In this document: positions 45,234 through 54,106 of the stretch, in pieces
Position numbering within the stretch: the stretch's first letter is position 1
How the letters are laid out: the number at the start of each line of letters is the position of its first letter
Origin: Bacteroidota bacterium
GTDB lineage: Bacteria; Bacteroidota; Bacteroidia; Chitinophagales; Saprospiraceae
NCBI GenBank assembly: GCA_029781865.1
Contig: JAKOVW010000093.1
Coordinates: forward strand, 4,718 to 68,717
Direction of reading: 5' to 3'
DNA: 64,000 nucleotides
Translations under genes and position numbers: made by a program
The notes under the pieces: model-generated
What the model saw: only the letters and a program-made list of their open reading frames with translations
Database searches by the model: none
What the model was told of the DNA's origin: nothing

Positions 45234-46439
45234 TTATAAGATCTTCAGATCTTTAGCGTGATCATAGATTTTGTTTGTGGCAAAATCTATTTGCGCCTTG
45301 GTATGATTCGACATGATAGAGAAGCGTATCAAAGAAGAATCAGCACTTGTGGCCGGAGAAACTACCGGATTTAGGAAAATGCCATCTTCATATAATCTCT
45401 TCGTAATGATATACGTTTTGTAATCGTCCCGGATATACAATGGGATAATAGGCGTTTCTGCTTTTCCTACGTCAAAGCCCATATCCTTGAACAGCTTGAT
45501 TGAATAATGGGTGTTTTCCCATAATTTTTCAATCAGTTCAGGCTGCTCCTCGATAATATCCAAAGCCTCCATGACTGCTGCAACTGAAGAAGGCTGCAGA
45601 CCTGCACTAAACATGAGTGCTCTGGAACTGTGTTTAATATGGTTTACAATGTCTTTATCAGCAGCTACAAACCCGCCTAAAGCGGCCAGTGACTTACTAA
45701 ATGTGCCTGTAATGAGGTGTACCCGATCAGTCAAATTAAAGTAAGACGATGTACCGGAGCCATTTTTGCCCAACACTCCAATGGCATGGGCGTCATCGAC
45801 CATTACCATAGCATTGTGCCGCTCAGCTGTTTCTACAATGTCGGGTAACGCAGAAATGTCGCCATCCATACTAAATATTCCCTCGGTGACTACCAGCTTA
45901 ATTGCCTGATTAGGACAGTGTTGCAGTAGTTTTTCGAGTGACTGTACATTATTATGCTCGAATTTGTATTTTTTGCCGAGAGAAAGGGTAGCACTTTCAA
46001 TAATGGATGCATGGCTTAATTTATCCATAAAAAGACAGCCATTGCGATCTATTATAGGAGGTATTGCTCCTAAATTAGCCTGGAAACCCGTACTAAAAAT
46101 GACTGAATCTTCCTTACCTACATAATCTGCCAGGCGCTCTTCCAACTCTCTGTGTATACCCAGGTTGCCATTTAATAAGCGGGAACCTGATACACCCGTT
46201 CCGTATTTTTCGATTGCCTTTATGGCAGCCGCTTTAACTCTCGGATGGTTGGTCAAACCTAAGTAACTATTCGAACCGAACATGAGGATTTTCCGCCCGT
46301 GTTCTGTCATTTCGACATCCTGGGCAGAGTCCAGCTCCCTATAAAAAAGATAAATATCATTATCCTTCAGATAGTCAACCTGGGCACCTAAATGCTCAAT
46401 TTTTTGCCTTAGCAGATCCATTTCAACTTGTTGTTTCAT
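45234..46439 (-). CDS. PLP-dependent alpha-oxoamine synthase (serine palmitoyltransferase / cysteate-acyltransferase / KBL-BioF family)
   Basis: 401 aa with FGSNSYLGL, DDAHAIGVLG and the PLP lysine block GTFSKSLAALGG. Its lipid-gene neighbourhood favours an Spt-like rather than BioF role. Confidence 0.8.
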   Translation of the reverse strand: MKQQVEMDLLRQKIEHLGAQVDYLKDNDIYLFYRELDSAQDVEMTEHGRKILMFGSNSYLGLTNHPRVKAAAIKAIEKYGTGVSGSRLLNGNLGIHRELEERLADYVGKEDSVIFSTGFQANLGAIPPIIDRNGCLFMDKLSHASIIESATLSLGKKYKFEHNNVQSLEKLLQHCPNQAIKLVVTEGIFSMDGDISALPDIVETAERHNAMVMVDDAHAIGVLGKNGSGTSSYFNLTDRVHLITGTFSKSLAALGGFVAADKDIVNHIKHSSRALMFSAGLQPSSVAAVMEALDIIEEQPELIEKLWENTHYSIKLFKDMGFDVGKAETPIIPLYIRDDYKTYIITKRLYEDGIFLNPVVSPATSADSSLIRFSIMSNHTKAQIDFATNKIYDHAKDLKIL

Positions 46440-46540
46440 GGATTGATTTGAATATTTTGAAAAAATATGTAAAATAATTTACACATGTAACTATAATGGA
46501 ATCTATTTTTTGCAAGGATACAAAACATTTTCTTAATTCT

Positions 46541-47209
46541 TTATGATAAGGGTAACTGTATTTTAAACCAAATCCAAGATACCCATTTATATGCTAAATA
46601 AGCACAGGCAACACCACCGATTATATCAACGGTGTAATGACAGTGCTGAATCAAAAGCAAAATAGCCATTAATCCCGTAATAATACCAAAAATAAACTTT
46701 AAGCCCGGACTATTCCAGGTTAAGAGCATAAAGATAAAGATTGTTGCGGTATGTCCGCTGAAAAATAAGTCTTTCAAATTCGCCCGATGATTATACGCTA
46801 TGGTTTCGAGAACCGGATCCTGCAAGGCAAGAATGCCTACCGGTGCATTTAACGGAGTAACATACAAGCAGATATTCCTCATATACTGCAAAACAATCAG
46901 TACCTGGATGCCTCTGAATAATAACCATGGCATGCGCAAACAATATAAAATCGCCACAGCAGCAGAAGAATACAGAATAAAAAAAATAAAATTTGAAAGA
47001 TCTATAGCCGGAATCCAGTTTAATAAAATGTCGTTCATTTCACATCCTGGCCGACCTTCGATATAATCCAGAAAAGGGTTCAGATAAAAAAACAAAGGAA
47101 TCATTGAAATAAACGTAATCAGAACCGTTTGTCTGAATTTTTTTATCCGTGATGCCATTCGCCACTCCTCCTTTACATTTTTAAGATATTGATTGATCAA
47201 TTGAATCAT
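46541..47209 (-). CDS. Sphingomyelin-synthase-like PAP2_C family phosphotransferase
   Basis: 222 aa and polytopic. FFSGHTATIF and HYTVDIIGG correspond to the SGHT and HYTxD catalytic motifs of the SMS/LPP superfamily. Confidence 0.7.
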   Translation of the reverse strand: MIQLINQYLKNVKEEWRMASRIKKFRQTVLITFISMIPLFFYLNPFLDYIEGRPGCEMNDILLNWIPAIDLSNFIFFILYSSAAVAILYCLRMPWLLFRGIQVLIVLQYMRNICLYVTPLNAPVGILALQDPVLETIAYNHRANLKDLFFSGHTATIFIFMLLTWNSPGLKFIFGIITGLMAILLLIQHCHYTVDIIGGVACAYLAYKWVSWIWFKIQLPLS

Positions 47210-48045
47210 TAGTAAAAATCTTAATTTGTAAAGCTTTATAAATAAGAATGAGCGCGATTTGCTTCTTTAACAGAATAGCAGTCTAAATTGCTTTTGAAAT
47301 TTCAAAGACCTGTTTAAGATTCTTCCTTTAATCTTATTAGGCTAAAGCCGAATTTTGCTATGATTTTAAAGAATTGAAGTACTGACTTTAATTTTAAAAT
47401 ACAGGGTGCAAAGATACAAACTCATTCCATCATATCAACTTTCCAGACCACACTAACAACTTATTATAGATTTTTATATTAATAAAGTTTTGATATTGAT
47501 AGGATTCGAGATCAATTCAGCTTCAGGTTAAGAAATAAATAACGAATGCTTCCCATATTGTTTGAAAACCAATACCTTTCAATCGAGTAAACTGCATTCA
47601 AAATGACGAATATCAATGCTTCTTTTTTAAATTACCCCATTGAGGGCTGCAGGACTTTCGTCTATTATCATATCGATTCTCGTTTAAATCACCCATTCCT
47701 TCAATTTTGCAAGTATCAATTCGCAGAGAAAATTCATCCACTTTATTGATCAAAAACCAACCTGATGTTAATGTCGTATTTTAAGTACTTTGATAGTAGC
47801 TTTCAAGAAATTCAATGGCCGTTCGCCAGAAAACTAAACCGGAAAATTTGTACTCAATTCAATTTAGTGATATTGAATTTTTCGTATGGAATTACTTTTT
47901 TTAATCTCAGGAAATATAATCATTCCAAGATATAAAAACTCTTGTGAATCAACCAATTAAAAATATTGTAGAAAACTTTGGATGAAAAAAAGCTGGTCAT
48001 CGGATCTCATTTTCTCCAAATCACAATCAGTTATAAAACATAATG

Positions 48046-48053
48046 TAATTTTG
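48046..48053 (+). promoter_or_regulatory. Bacteroidota-type -7 box TAATTTTG
   Basis: TAnnTTTG match about 73 nt upstream of the GTG start at 48127. Confidence 0.35.
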
Positions 48054-48126
48054 GGGGTTTGTTCTCTATCAAAAAATTACATCAGATCTTAAGATTGGAA
48101 TTTACTCAATTTAAAAACGAATAGCT

Positions 48127-49185
48127 GTGGAAACTAAAAAAGCGGAAATTACTTATCTGGACAGAAATGAACATCAATATGGTCCTGCACCTGCATGTTT
48201 TGATGCATTAAAAAATTTAAATTCAGAGACCTTAAGAGAATATTCCCGTGATCATATGCTGGGAATCAAAAGTCCGTTGTCTCTTCGATTGGCTAATGAT
48301 TACGGAATCGATGAAAAAAATGTAATGCTCGGTTTTGGTGGAGAAGATATTCTTAAACAAACTATACATTGCTATATCCATGAAGGGGATAAAATCATGA
48401 TTCCATCTTATTCCTGGTGGTATTACAAAAAAATAGCTGATGAAGTTGGTGGTATCAAAATAGAATACCCAATTGTTGAAGGTGAAGATTCCTTTTATTA
48501 TGACATTGAAGGAATGCTGAAGATCTACGATGAACAAAAGCCTAAGTTGGTACTTATTAGTTCGCCGAATAATCCCACCGGAAACCGATTGGACTTTAAT
48601 CAGTTGAAGGAAGTTTTAAACAGGATGAAAGATGCCGTGGTTGTTATGGACGAAGCTTATTCGTTGTTTTTCAATGATGACAAATCCTATCTGAAAGATA
48701 TCATAAACCATTTTTCAAACGTATTAATCATCCGTACGTTTTCCAAATTTTATGGTTTGGCCGGAGTTAGAATTGGTTTTGCATTGATGGGGAAAAACCA
48801 TGAACAACTATCGATGTTCAGCGCACGCTATCTGGGATATAACCGCTTATCAGAGCGCATTGCATTGGCTGCACTGGATTCTCAGGAATACTACAATGAC
48901 ATCTGCAAAAAAATGGCAGCAGATATGGAAATGTTCAGAACCGAATTTAATAAATTACCCGGTTTTAAAGCCTATAAATCGTATGCCAATTTTATCCTGG
49001 TCAAAATTCCTGTTGAACTAAAAGATGCATTAAAAAAATATCTTACGGAACGCAATATGGTTGTTAAGTTTATGGCCGAAGATGGGCTATTTAATCATTT
49101 GCGCATTACGATCGGAACCCAGGAACAAAATCAAATGCTCATGCAAATGGTAAAAGCATTTTTAAATGAAGCTAATAAATCATGA
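48127..49185 (+). CDS. Class I/II PLP-dependent enzyme, HisC/CobD-like (aminotransferase or phospho-amino-acid decarboxylase)
   Basis: 352 aa with a GTG start. Contains SSPNNPTGN and the PLP-Lys block RTFSKFYGLAGVRIGF, typical of histidinol-phosphate aminotransferase and threonine-phosphate decarboxylase relatives. Confidence 0.75.
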   Translation: METKKAEITYLDRNEHQYGPAPACFDALKNLNSETLREYSRDHMLGIKSPLSLRLANDYGIDEKNVMLGFGGEDILKQTIHCYIHEGDKIMIPSYSWWYYKKIADEVGGIKIEYPIVEGEDSFYYDIEGMLKIYDEQKPKLVLISSPNNPTGNRLDFNQLKEVLNRMKDAVVVMDEAYSLFFNDDKSYLKDIINHFSNVLIIRTFSKFYGLAGVRIGFALMGKNHEQLSMFSARYLGYNRLSERIALAALDSQEYYNDICKKMAADMEMFRTEFNKLPGFKAYKSYANFILVKIPVELKDALKKYLTERNMVVKFMAEDGLFNHLRITIGTQEQNQMLMQMVKAFLNEANKS

Positions 49186-50060
49186 GCTGGCTGGCGGAGT
49201 ATAAAAAATCATTGAAAATGCCTGAGGTCGAAGATGTATTTGACCTCGTTTTTTACAGGCCTCTTGCGTTCCAATTGGTCAAACTTATTTTTCCAACTAA
49301 CATCACTCCGAATCAACTCACCTTTACGGCATTAATACTGGGAATCATTTCCGGATATTTTTATGCACAGGGTTTACCTTATGGATTTTTATTGGGTGCA
49401 CTCTTCTTTATGTTATATAATGTGTTTGACTGCAGTGATGGTCAACTTGCACGCCTTAAAAATAATGGAACTCATGCAGGAAGAATTATCGATGGCATTG
49501 GGGATTACATAGCCACCCTTGCCGTTTTTCTTGGTATCGGATTTGGTTTTGCCAATCAGCAGGAAAATCCGGCATTTTGGTGGTTTCTCATTTTATTATT
49601 AATTGTTTTTAGCGTCATTCAGGCTGTGCTGGTCGATTTCTACCGCAACCGGTTTTTGGATTATGTGCTTCAGAGAAAAAACACTTTTGAAGAAGATCTT
49701 CAATCATATAAAGATGAATACGAAGTTTTGAAAGGGCAGAAAAACAAATGGTTGGACAGAACGATTATTCAAATTTATCTCTACTATTCTTCTTTTCAGG
49801 ATAAGCTGATATCAAAAGGTAAAAAGACAGTCTTTTTCATAGCCACTCCACAAGAGTATTATGAGAAAAATAAATTAATCATGAGATTGTGGACGCTGAT
49901 TAGCTCAACTGCAGAGATTACCGTATTGATCATTTGCTCTGTAATCAATCGCCTTGATCTGTTTTTTGCCATTATACTGATCGGATTCAACGCATTCGCC
50001 ATTGTTCTCTGGTTTGTGCAAAGAACTATTGACCAATCATTCAAATTGGCAAGCGAATGA
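49182..50060 (+). CDS. CDP-alcohol phosphatidyltransferase family protein
   Basis: Complete D-G-x2-A-R-x8-G-x3-D-x3-D motif (DGQLARLKNNGTHAGRIIDGIGD) in a polytopic protein. Its start overlaps the upstream stop (ATGA). Confidence 0.85.
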   Translation: MSWLAEYKKSLKMPEVEDVFDLVFYRPLAFQLVKLIFPTNITPNQLTFTALILGIISGYFYAQGLPYGFLLGALFFMLYNVFDCSDGQLARLKNNGTHAGRIIDGIGDYIATLAVFLGIGFGFANQQENPAFWWFLILLLIVFSVIQAVLVDFYRNRFLDYVLQRKNTFEEDLQSYKDEYEVLKGQKNKWLDRTIIQIYLYYSSFQDKLISKGKKTVFFIATPQEYYEKNKLIMRLWTLISSTAEITVLIICSVINRLDLFFAIILIGFNAFAIVLWFVQRTIDQSFKLASE

Positions 50061-50785
50061 AAGCACTCATTCTTGCTGCCGGAATTGCTTCCCGGCTCAG
50101 ACCGTTGACAGATAATACGCCCAAATGCCTTTTAAAGGTTGGCAACAAAAATATTCTCTCACTTACTCTGGATAATATTATCTCCAACCGTATTCAGAAA
50201 GTCGTTGTCGTGACCGGATACCGCGAAGATCAAATTAAAAATTTTATTGCTTCCGAATATCCAACTCTAGATGTGAAATATATTTATAATCCTGTTTACG
50301 ATTCAACCAATAACATTTATTCACTTTGGCTGGTAAAAAATGAGTTTGCCGGTGAAGACATGTTGCTGATGGATAGCGATATCATTTTTGACCAAAGCAT
50401 AATTACAAAACTTCTGAACTCCGGATTCGATAATTGCCTTGCATTAAAAAAGCATGAAGTTCAGGAGGAAGAAATAAAAGTTAAAGGGGATTCTGAAGGT
50501 CGTATTCTCGAGATCGGAAAAGAAGTAATCCCCAAGGAAGCTATGGGTGAATCGATTGGCATTGAAAAATTCAGCGCGCCTCTTGTAGAAAAACTGTATA
50601 AAATCCTCGATCATCTGATCATCAGGGAAAACAAAGTCAATTTGTTCTATGAAGCTGCCTTTCAAAACCTGATCGATGACGGAGAGTCTATTTTTGCCGT
50701 TGATATTACGGAACATAAATGCATGGAAATCGATACAGCACATGATCTGGAAATGGCTAATAGAATGATTACGGAAAATTATTAA
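50057..50785 (+). CDS. LicC-like nucleotidyltransferase (phospho-alcohol cytidylyltransferase family)
   Basis: N-terminal LAAGIASRLRPLTDNTPKCLL NTP-binding loop and an NNIYSLW block. Its start overlaps the upstream stop (ATGA). Confidence 0.8.
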   Translation: MKALILAAGIASRLRPLTDNTPKCLLKVGNKNILSLTLDNIISNRIQKVVVVTGYREDQIKNFIASEYPTLDVKYIYNPVYDSTNNIYSLWLVKNEFAGEDMLLMDSDIIFDQSIITKLLNSGFDNCLALKKHEVQEEEIKVKGDSEGRILEIGKEVIPKEAMGESIGIEKFSAPLVEKLYKILDHLIIRENKVNLFYEAAFQNLIDDGESIFAVDITEHKCMEIDTAHDLEMANRMITENY

Positions 50786-50805
50786 TTGAATTTTATTTCT
50801 ATCCT

Positions 50806-51639
50806 TTGACTGAGAATCTCATTATCATTTCTGTTATCGGATTAATCATAGGTCTGGTTTTATCCATTCCTGCCGGAGGACCAACCAGTATAGTCATTTT
50901 TACAAATGCGCTCAAAGGACGTACACGGTATTGTAACCTAATCAATTTTGGCGCAGCACTGGCCGATTTTACCTACCCGTTTATTTCCGTATTCTGTTTA
51001 ACTAAAATTTATTCCCTTTACAAGCCTTATATTCCTTATGTATTTCTGGCAGGTGCTTTGTTTGTCATATATACAAGTATAAAAATTTTCAAAACAAAGC
51101 TGGACATCGAAGAGAGCAATCCTGAACATCTGTTACCATCCACTATTAAAATCAAAAAAGAAAATGGTTTTTTAACCGGCATGATGTTGGGCTTTCTCAA
51201 CCCCGGCTTGTTTATCAGCTCCATGACTTCATCACTTCTGGTCCTGACCATACTCACGTCTTATGGATTTGATACAGGCGGCCTGGATAAAAAGATGAGC
51301 GAGGAAATGAAAGAGATCCGTAGCAATGACAAACCAACAAAAGATACCAATACACTTAACCTTTCAAAATATATTAAATCCAAAATTCCAAACCCAAATA
51401 ACCCTGACGAAGATCCAATTAATTTTCCTTCCAGTTATCCATTTTGGCTTAGCTTCTGTTATGCATTTTTTATTGCCATTGGAAGTGTAAGTTGGTTTTA
51501 TTATCTGACTTATCTCATTTCCAAATTCAGAAAGCGAATTAAGTCACAAGTCATAGACTATATCATAAAAGCGTTGGGATTCATCTTATTCTTAATCGGA
51601 CTATTGCTTGGTTATAAAGGAATAGCTGCTATTTTATAA
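50806..51639 (+). CDS. LysE/RhtB-like membrane protein with a ~70-aa hydrophilic insert
   Basis: TTG start 20 nt after the nucleotidyltransferase stop. Hydrophobic N- and C-terminal halves are separated by DKKMSEEMKEIRSNDKPTKDTNTLNLSKYIKSKIPNPNNPDEDPINF. Confidence 0.5.
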   Translation: MTENLIIISVIGLIIGLVLSIPAGGPTSIVIFTNALKGRTRYCNLINFGAALADFTYPFISVFCLTKIYSLYKPYIPYVFLAGALFVIYTSIKIFKTKLDIEESNPEHLLPSTIKIKKENGFLTGMMLGFLNPGLFISSMTSSLLVLTILTSYGFDTGGLDKKMSEEMKEIRSNDKPTKDTNTLNLSKYIKSKIPNPNNPDEDPINFPSSYPFWLSFCYAFFIAIGSVSWFYYLTYLISKFRKRIKSQVIDYIIKALGFILFLIGLLLGYKGIAAIL

Positions 51640-51790
51640 TATTAAATTATATACCCATTCCATTTGTTGCATCACATTAACTCGTAAGCATAAATTTTAT
51701 CCTTAACAGTTTGCAATACCCTGAATCCGGTGGAGTTCCAGTACGTAAATTAAAAAGAAATATTCAAAGGAAATTAAAGAAGCAGGACAC

Positions 51791-53896
51791 TTAATTTTCT
51801 GAAAGCAATGCAAACATAAATGCATACTCCATTGCAATTTCCTTAAGCCGTTCAAATCTTCCAGATGCGCCACCATGCCCGGCATCCAGGTTGGTATAAA
51901 ACAAAATGACCTCATTCTTCACGGATCTCATTTTTCGAAGTTTGGCCACCCATTTTGCAGGCTCCCAATATTGCACCTGGCTATCAGAAAATCCCGTTGT
52001 AACCAGCAAATTGGTGTGTTTACCGGGAGTTATATTATCAATCGGAGAATAGGTCTTCATGTAATTATACTCTTCTTTGATATCCGGATTACCCCATTCA
52101 TTGTATTCTCCTGTAGTCAATGGAATGTTGGGATCTGACATTGTGGTGATCACATCCACAAATGGCACATGAGCTAATAAACCTTTAAATAAATCAGGTC
52201 TCATATTGTATACCGCACCCATTAACAGACCACCTGCGGATCCACCTCTGCCAAACAATCGATCTGCATTGGTATATTTTTGTGCAATCAGAAATTCAGC
52301 ACAATCGATATAATCATTAAAGGTGTTTATTTTCTTCAGCATCTTACCATCTTCATACCACTGCCACCCTTTTTCCTTACCACCTCTGATATGCGCCAGT
52401 GCAAAAACAAATCCACGATCCAGTAAAGACAATAAATTACTACTAAATGCAGCATCTGTTGTAATTCCATAACTACCATAAGCATACAATAAGGCAGGTG
52501 CTTTGCCATCGCGGGTAAATCCATTTCTATATACAAGAGTAAGCGGTATATCAACACCATCCCGCGATTTCACCTGTACATATTCCGAATGATAATTTTC
52601 CTTTTGAAAATCTCCTAACACGGGATTTTCCTTTAATAAAATCAATGTTTTGTTTTTGATATCATAATCATACGTAGAAACAGGTGTGGTTAATGAAGTG
52701 TAACCCAACCTTAATACATCAGAAGTCATTTCATAATTCGGTCCCAGCCAGCAATCATAACTGGAATCTCTGAACGATATATAATGATCCTCTTGCAAAT
52801 CGTTCCATGGAATAATGTGAATCTGATTTAATCCATCTTTGCGCTCATGCAGTACCAGCCAATTCGCCAGCACTTCCAACCCATCGATGAATACATCTTC
52901 TTTATGGGGAATCAAGACCTGCCATTGATCATGAGTATATTGACTTACCGGCGTTTTCGCAATTTTAAAATTACGGGCATCATCATTGGTCAAAATCAAA
53001 AAACTACCGTCGAAATGCTCTACGGAATAATAGAAACCGTGTTCCCTTTTTTTGATCAGTTGTGGAGGACTTTGATATTGATCCAGTAGAATAAATTGAC
53101 ATTCTACTGACTCAGTGTAACCGGAATGAATAAAAAGGTATTTCCGGTCCTTGGATGCATTAATCGATGCATATGTGGTCTCATCTGTTTCATGAAAGAC
53201 CAACTTGTCCTGATCAAATGTGGTATGTAGTGTGTGCAACCACACTTTGTCCGTTCTTAGTGTATCGACATCCTTTGTATCGTAAAAAAAAGCTTTGTTA
53301 TCAGGGGTCCAGACAAAATCACCGGCGATCACCGGCGAGTTTTGTTCAATAATTTCACCCGTCTCTAAATTTTTCACAAACGCCTGATGCAAATTTCTCC
53401 CTGTTGTATCCAGTCCATAAACGGCGAGTTTATTATCCGGACTTATTTTAGGTGAAATGACGTTACAGAATTTTTGTCCTTTGGCCAGATCATTTACATT
53501 GACAATAATTTCTTCTGACTGATTTTGACCGTTTAACTTTTTGCGGCAATAAATTGGATATTCCTTCCCCGTTTCATAGCGCGTATAATATGCATATCCA
53601 TTTTTATTGTATGGTACAGTATTGTCATCCTGTTTGATCCGGGAAATCATTTCTTGGTACAAATCCAGACGCAATTGCTTAACAGGAGAAAGCACTTTTT
53701 CCAGATATTCATTTTCCTGTTTCAGATACGCTTTTACTTCAGGATTGTCACGCTCATTAAGCCAATAATAATCGTCTTCTCTCACATCGCCATGCAGGAT
53801 CAATTGCCTGGGTTTACGCAACGCTACAGGTTCCTGAATTTCCTGGCTGTTTTTGGTAATGGATCCTTTGATGTTTAATTTCAATTGTTCATTCAT
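51791..53896 (-). CDS. S9A prolyl-oligopeptidase-family serine peptidase (oligopeptidase B-like)
   Basis: 701 aa with a beta-propeller N-domain, the nucleophile block GGSAGGLLMG and a C-terminal DAGHGG His context. Confidence 0.85.
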   Translation of the reverse strand: MNEQLKLNIKGSITKNSQEIQEPVALRKPRQLILHGDVREDDYYWLNERDNPEVKAYLKQENEYLEKVLSPVKQLRLDLYQEMISRIKQDDNTVPYNKNGYAYYTRYETGKEYPIYCRKKLNGQNQSEEIIVNVNDLAKGQKFCNVISPKISPDNKLAVYGLDTTGRNLHQAFVKNLETGEIIEQNSPVIAGDFVWTPDNKAFFYDTKDVDTLRTDKVWLHTLHTTFDQDKLVFHETDETTYASINASKDRKYLFIHSGYTESVECQFILLDQYQSPPQLIKKREHGFYYSVEHFDGSFLILTNDDARNFKIAKTPVSQYTHDQWQVLIPHKEDVFIDGLEVLANWLVLHERKDGLNQIHIIPWNDLQEDHYISFRDSSYDCWLGPNYEMTSDVLRLGYTSLTTPVSTYDYDIKNKTLILLKENPVLGDFQKENYHSEYVQVKSRDGVDIPLTLVYRNGFTRDGKAPALLYAYGSYGITTDAAFSSNLLSLLDRGFVFALAHIRGGKEKGWQWYEDGKMLKKINTFNDYIDCAEFLIAQKYTNADRLFGRGGSAGGLLMGAVYNMRPDLFKGLLAHVPFVDVITTMSDPNIPLTTGEYNEWGNPDIKEEYNYMKTYSPIDNITPGKHTNLLVTTGFSDSQVQYWEPAKWVAKLRKMRSVKNEVILFYTNLDAGHGGASGRFERLKEIAMEYAFMFALLSEN

Positions 53897-54106
53897 CCGG
53901 TTTTCTTTACACGAGATGTATAACAGGATTTATATCAATATGTTTATCAGGCATGTATCCATTATGGTAATCAATTGCAATTCATTGCTTTAAGAGTTCC
54001 AACATCGCTGGTATTCACAGCTTAATGTGTAATTTAATGAATGAAGTGGAACGCCGGAACTGAGCGACAAATTTCCAATGGAATCAAAGAATGCACGCTT
54101 TCTTGT

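Noticed and set aside
47643-47662. Minus-strand GACGAAAGTCCTGCAGCCC resembling the RNase P RNA GAGGAAAGUCCGGGC box
   Set aside because: I could find no other RNase P conserved blocks nearby on the same strand, and the surrounding DNA is far too AT-rich for a structured 350-400-nt RNA. It is likely a chance match.
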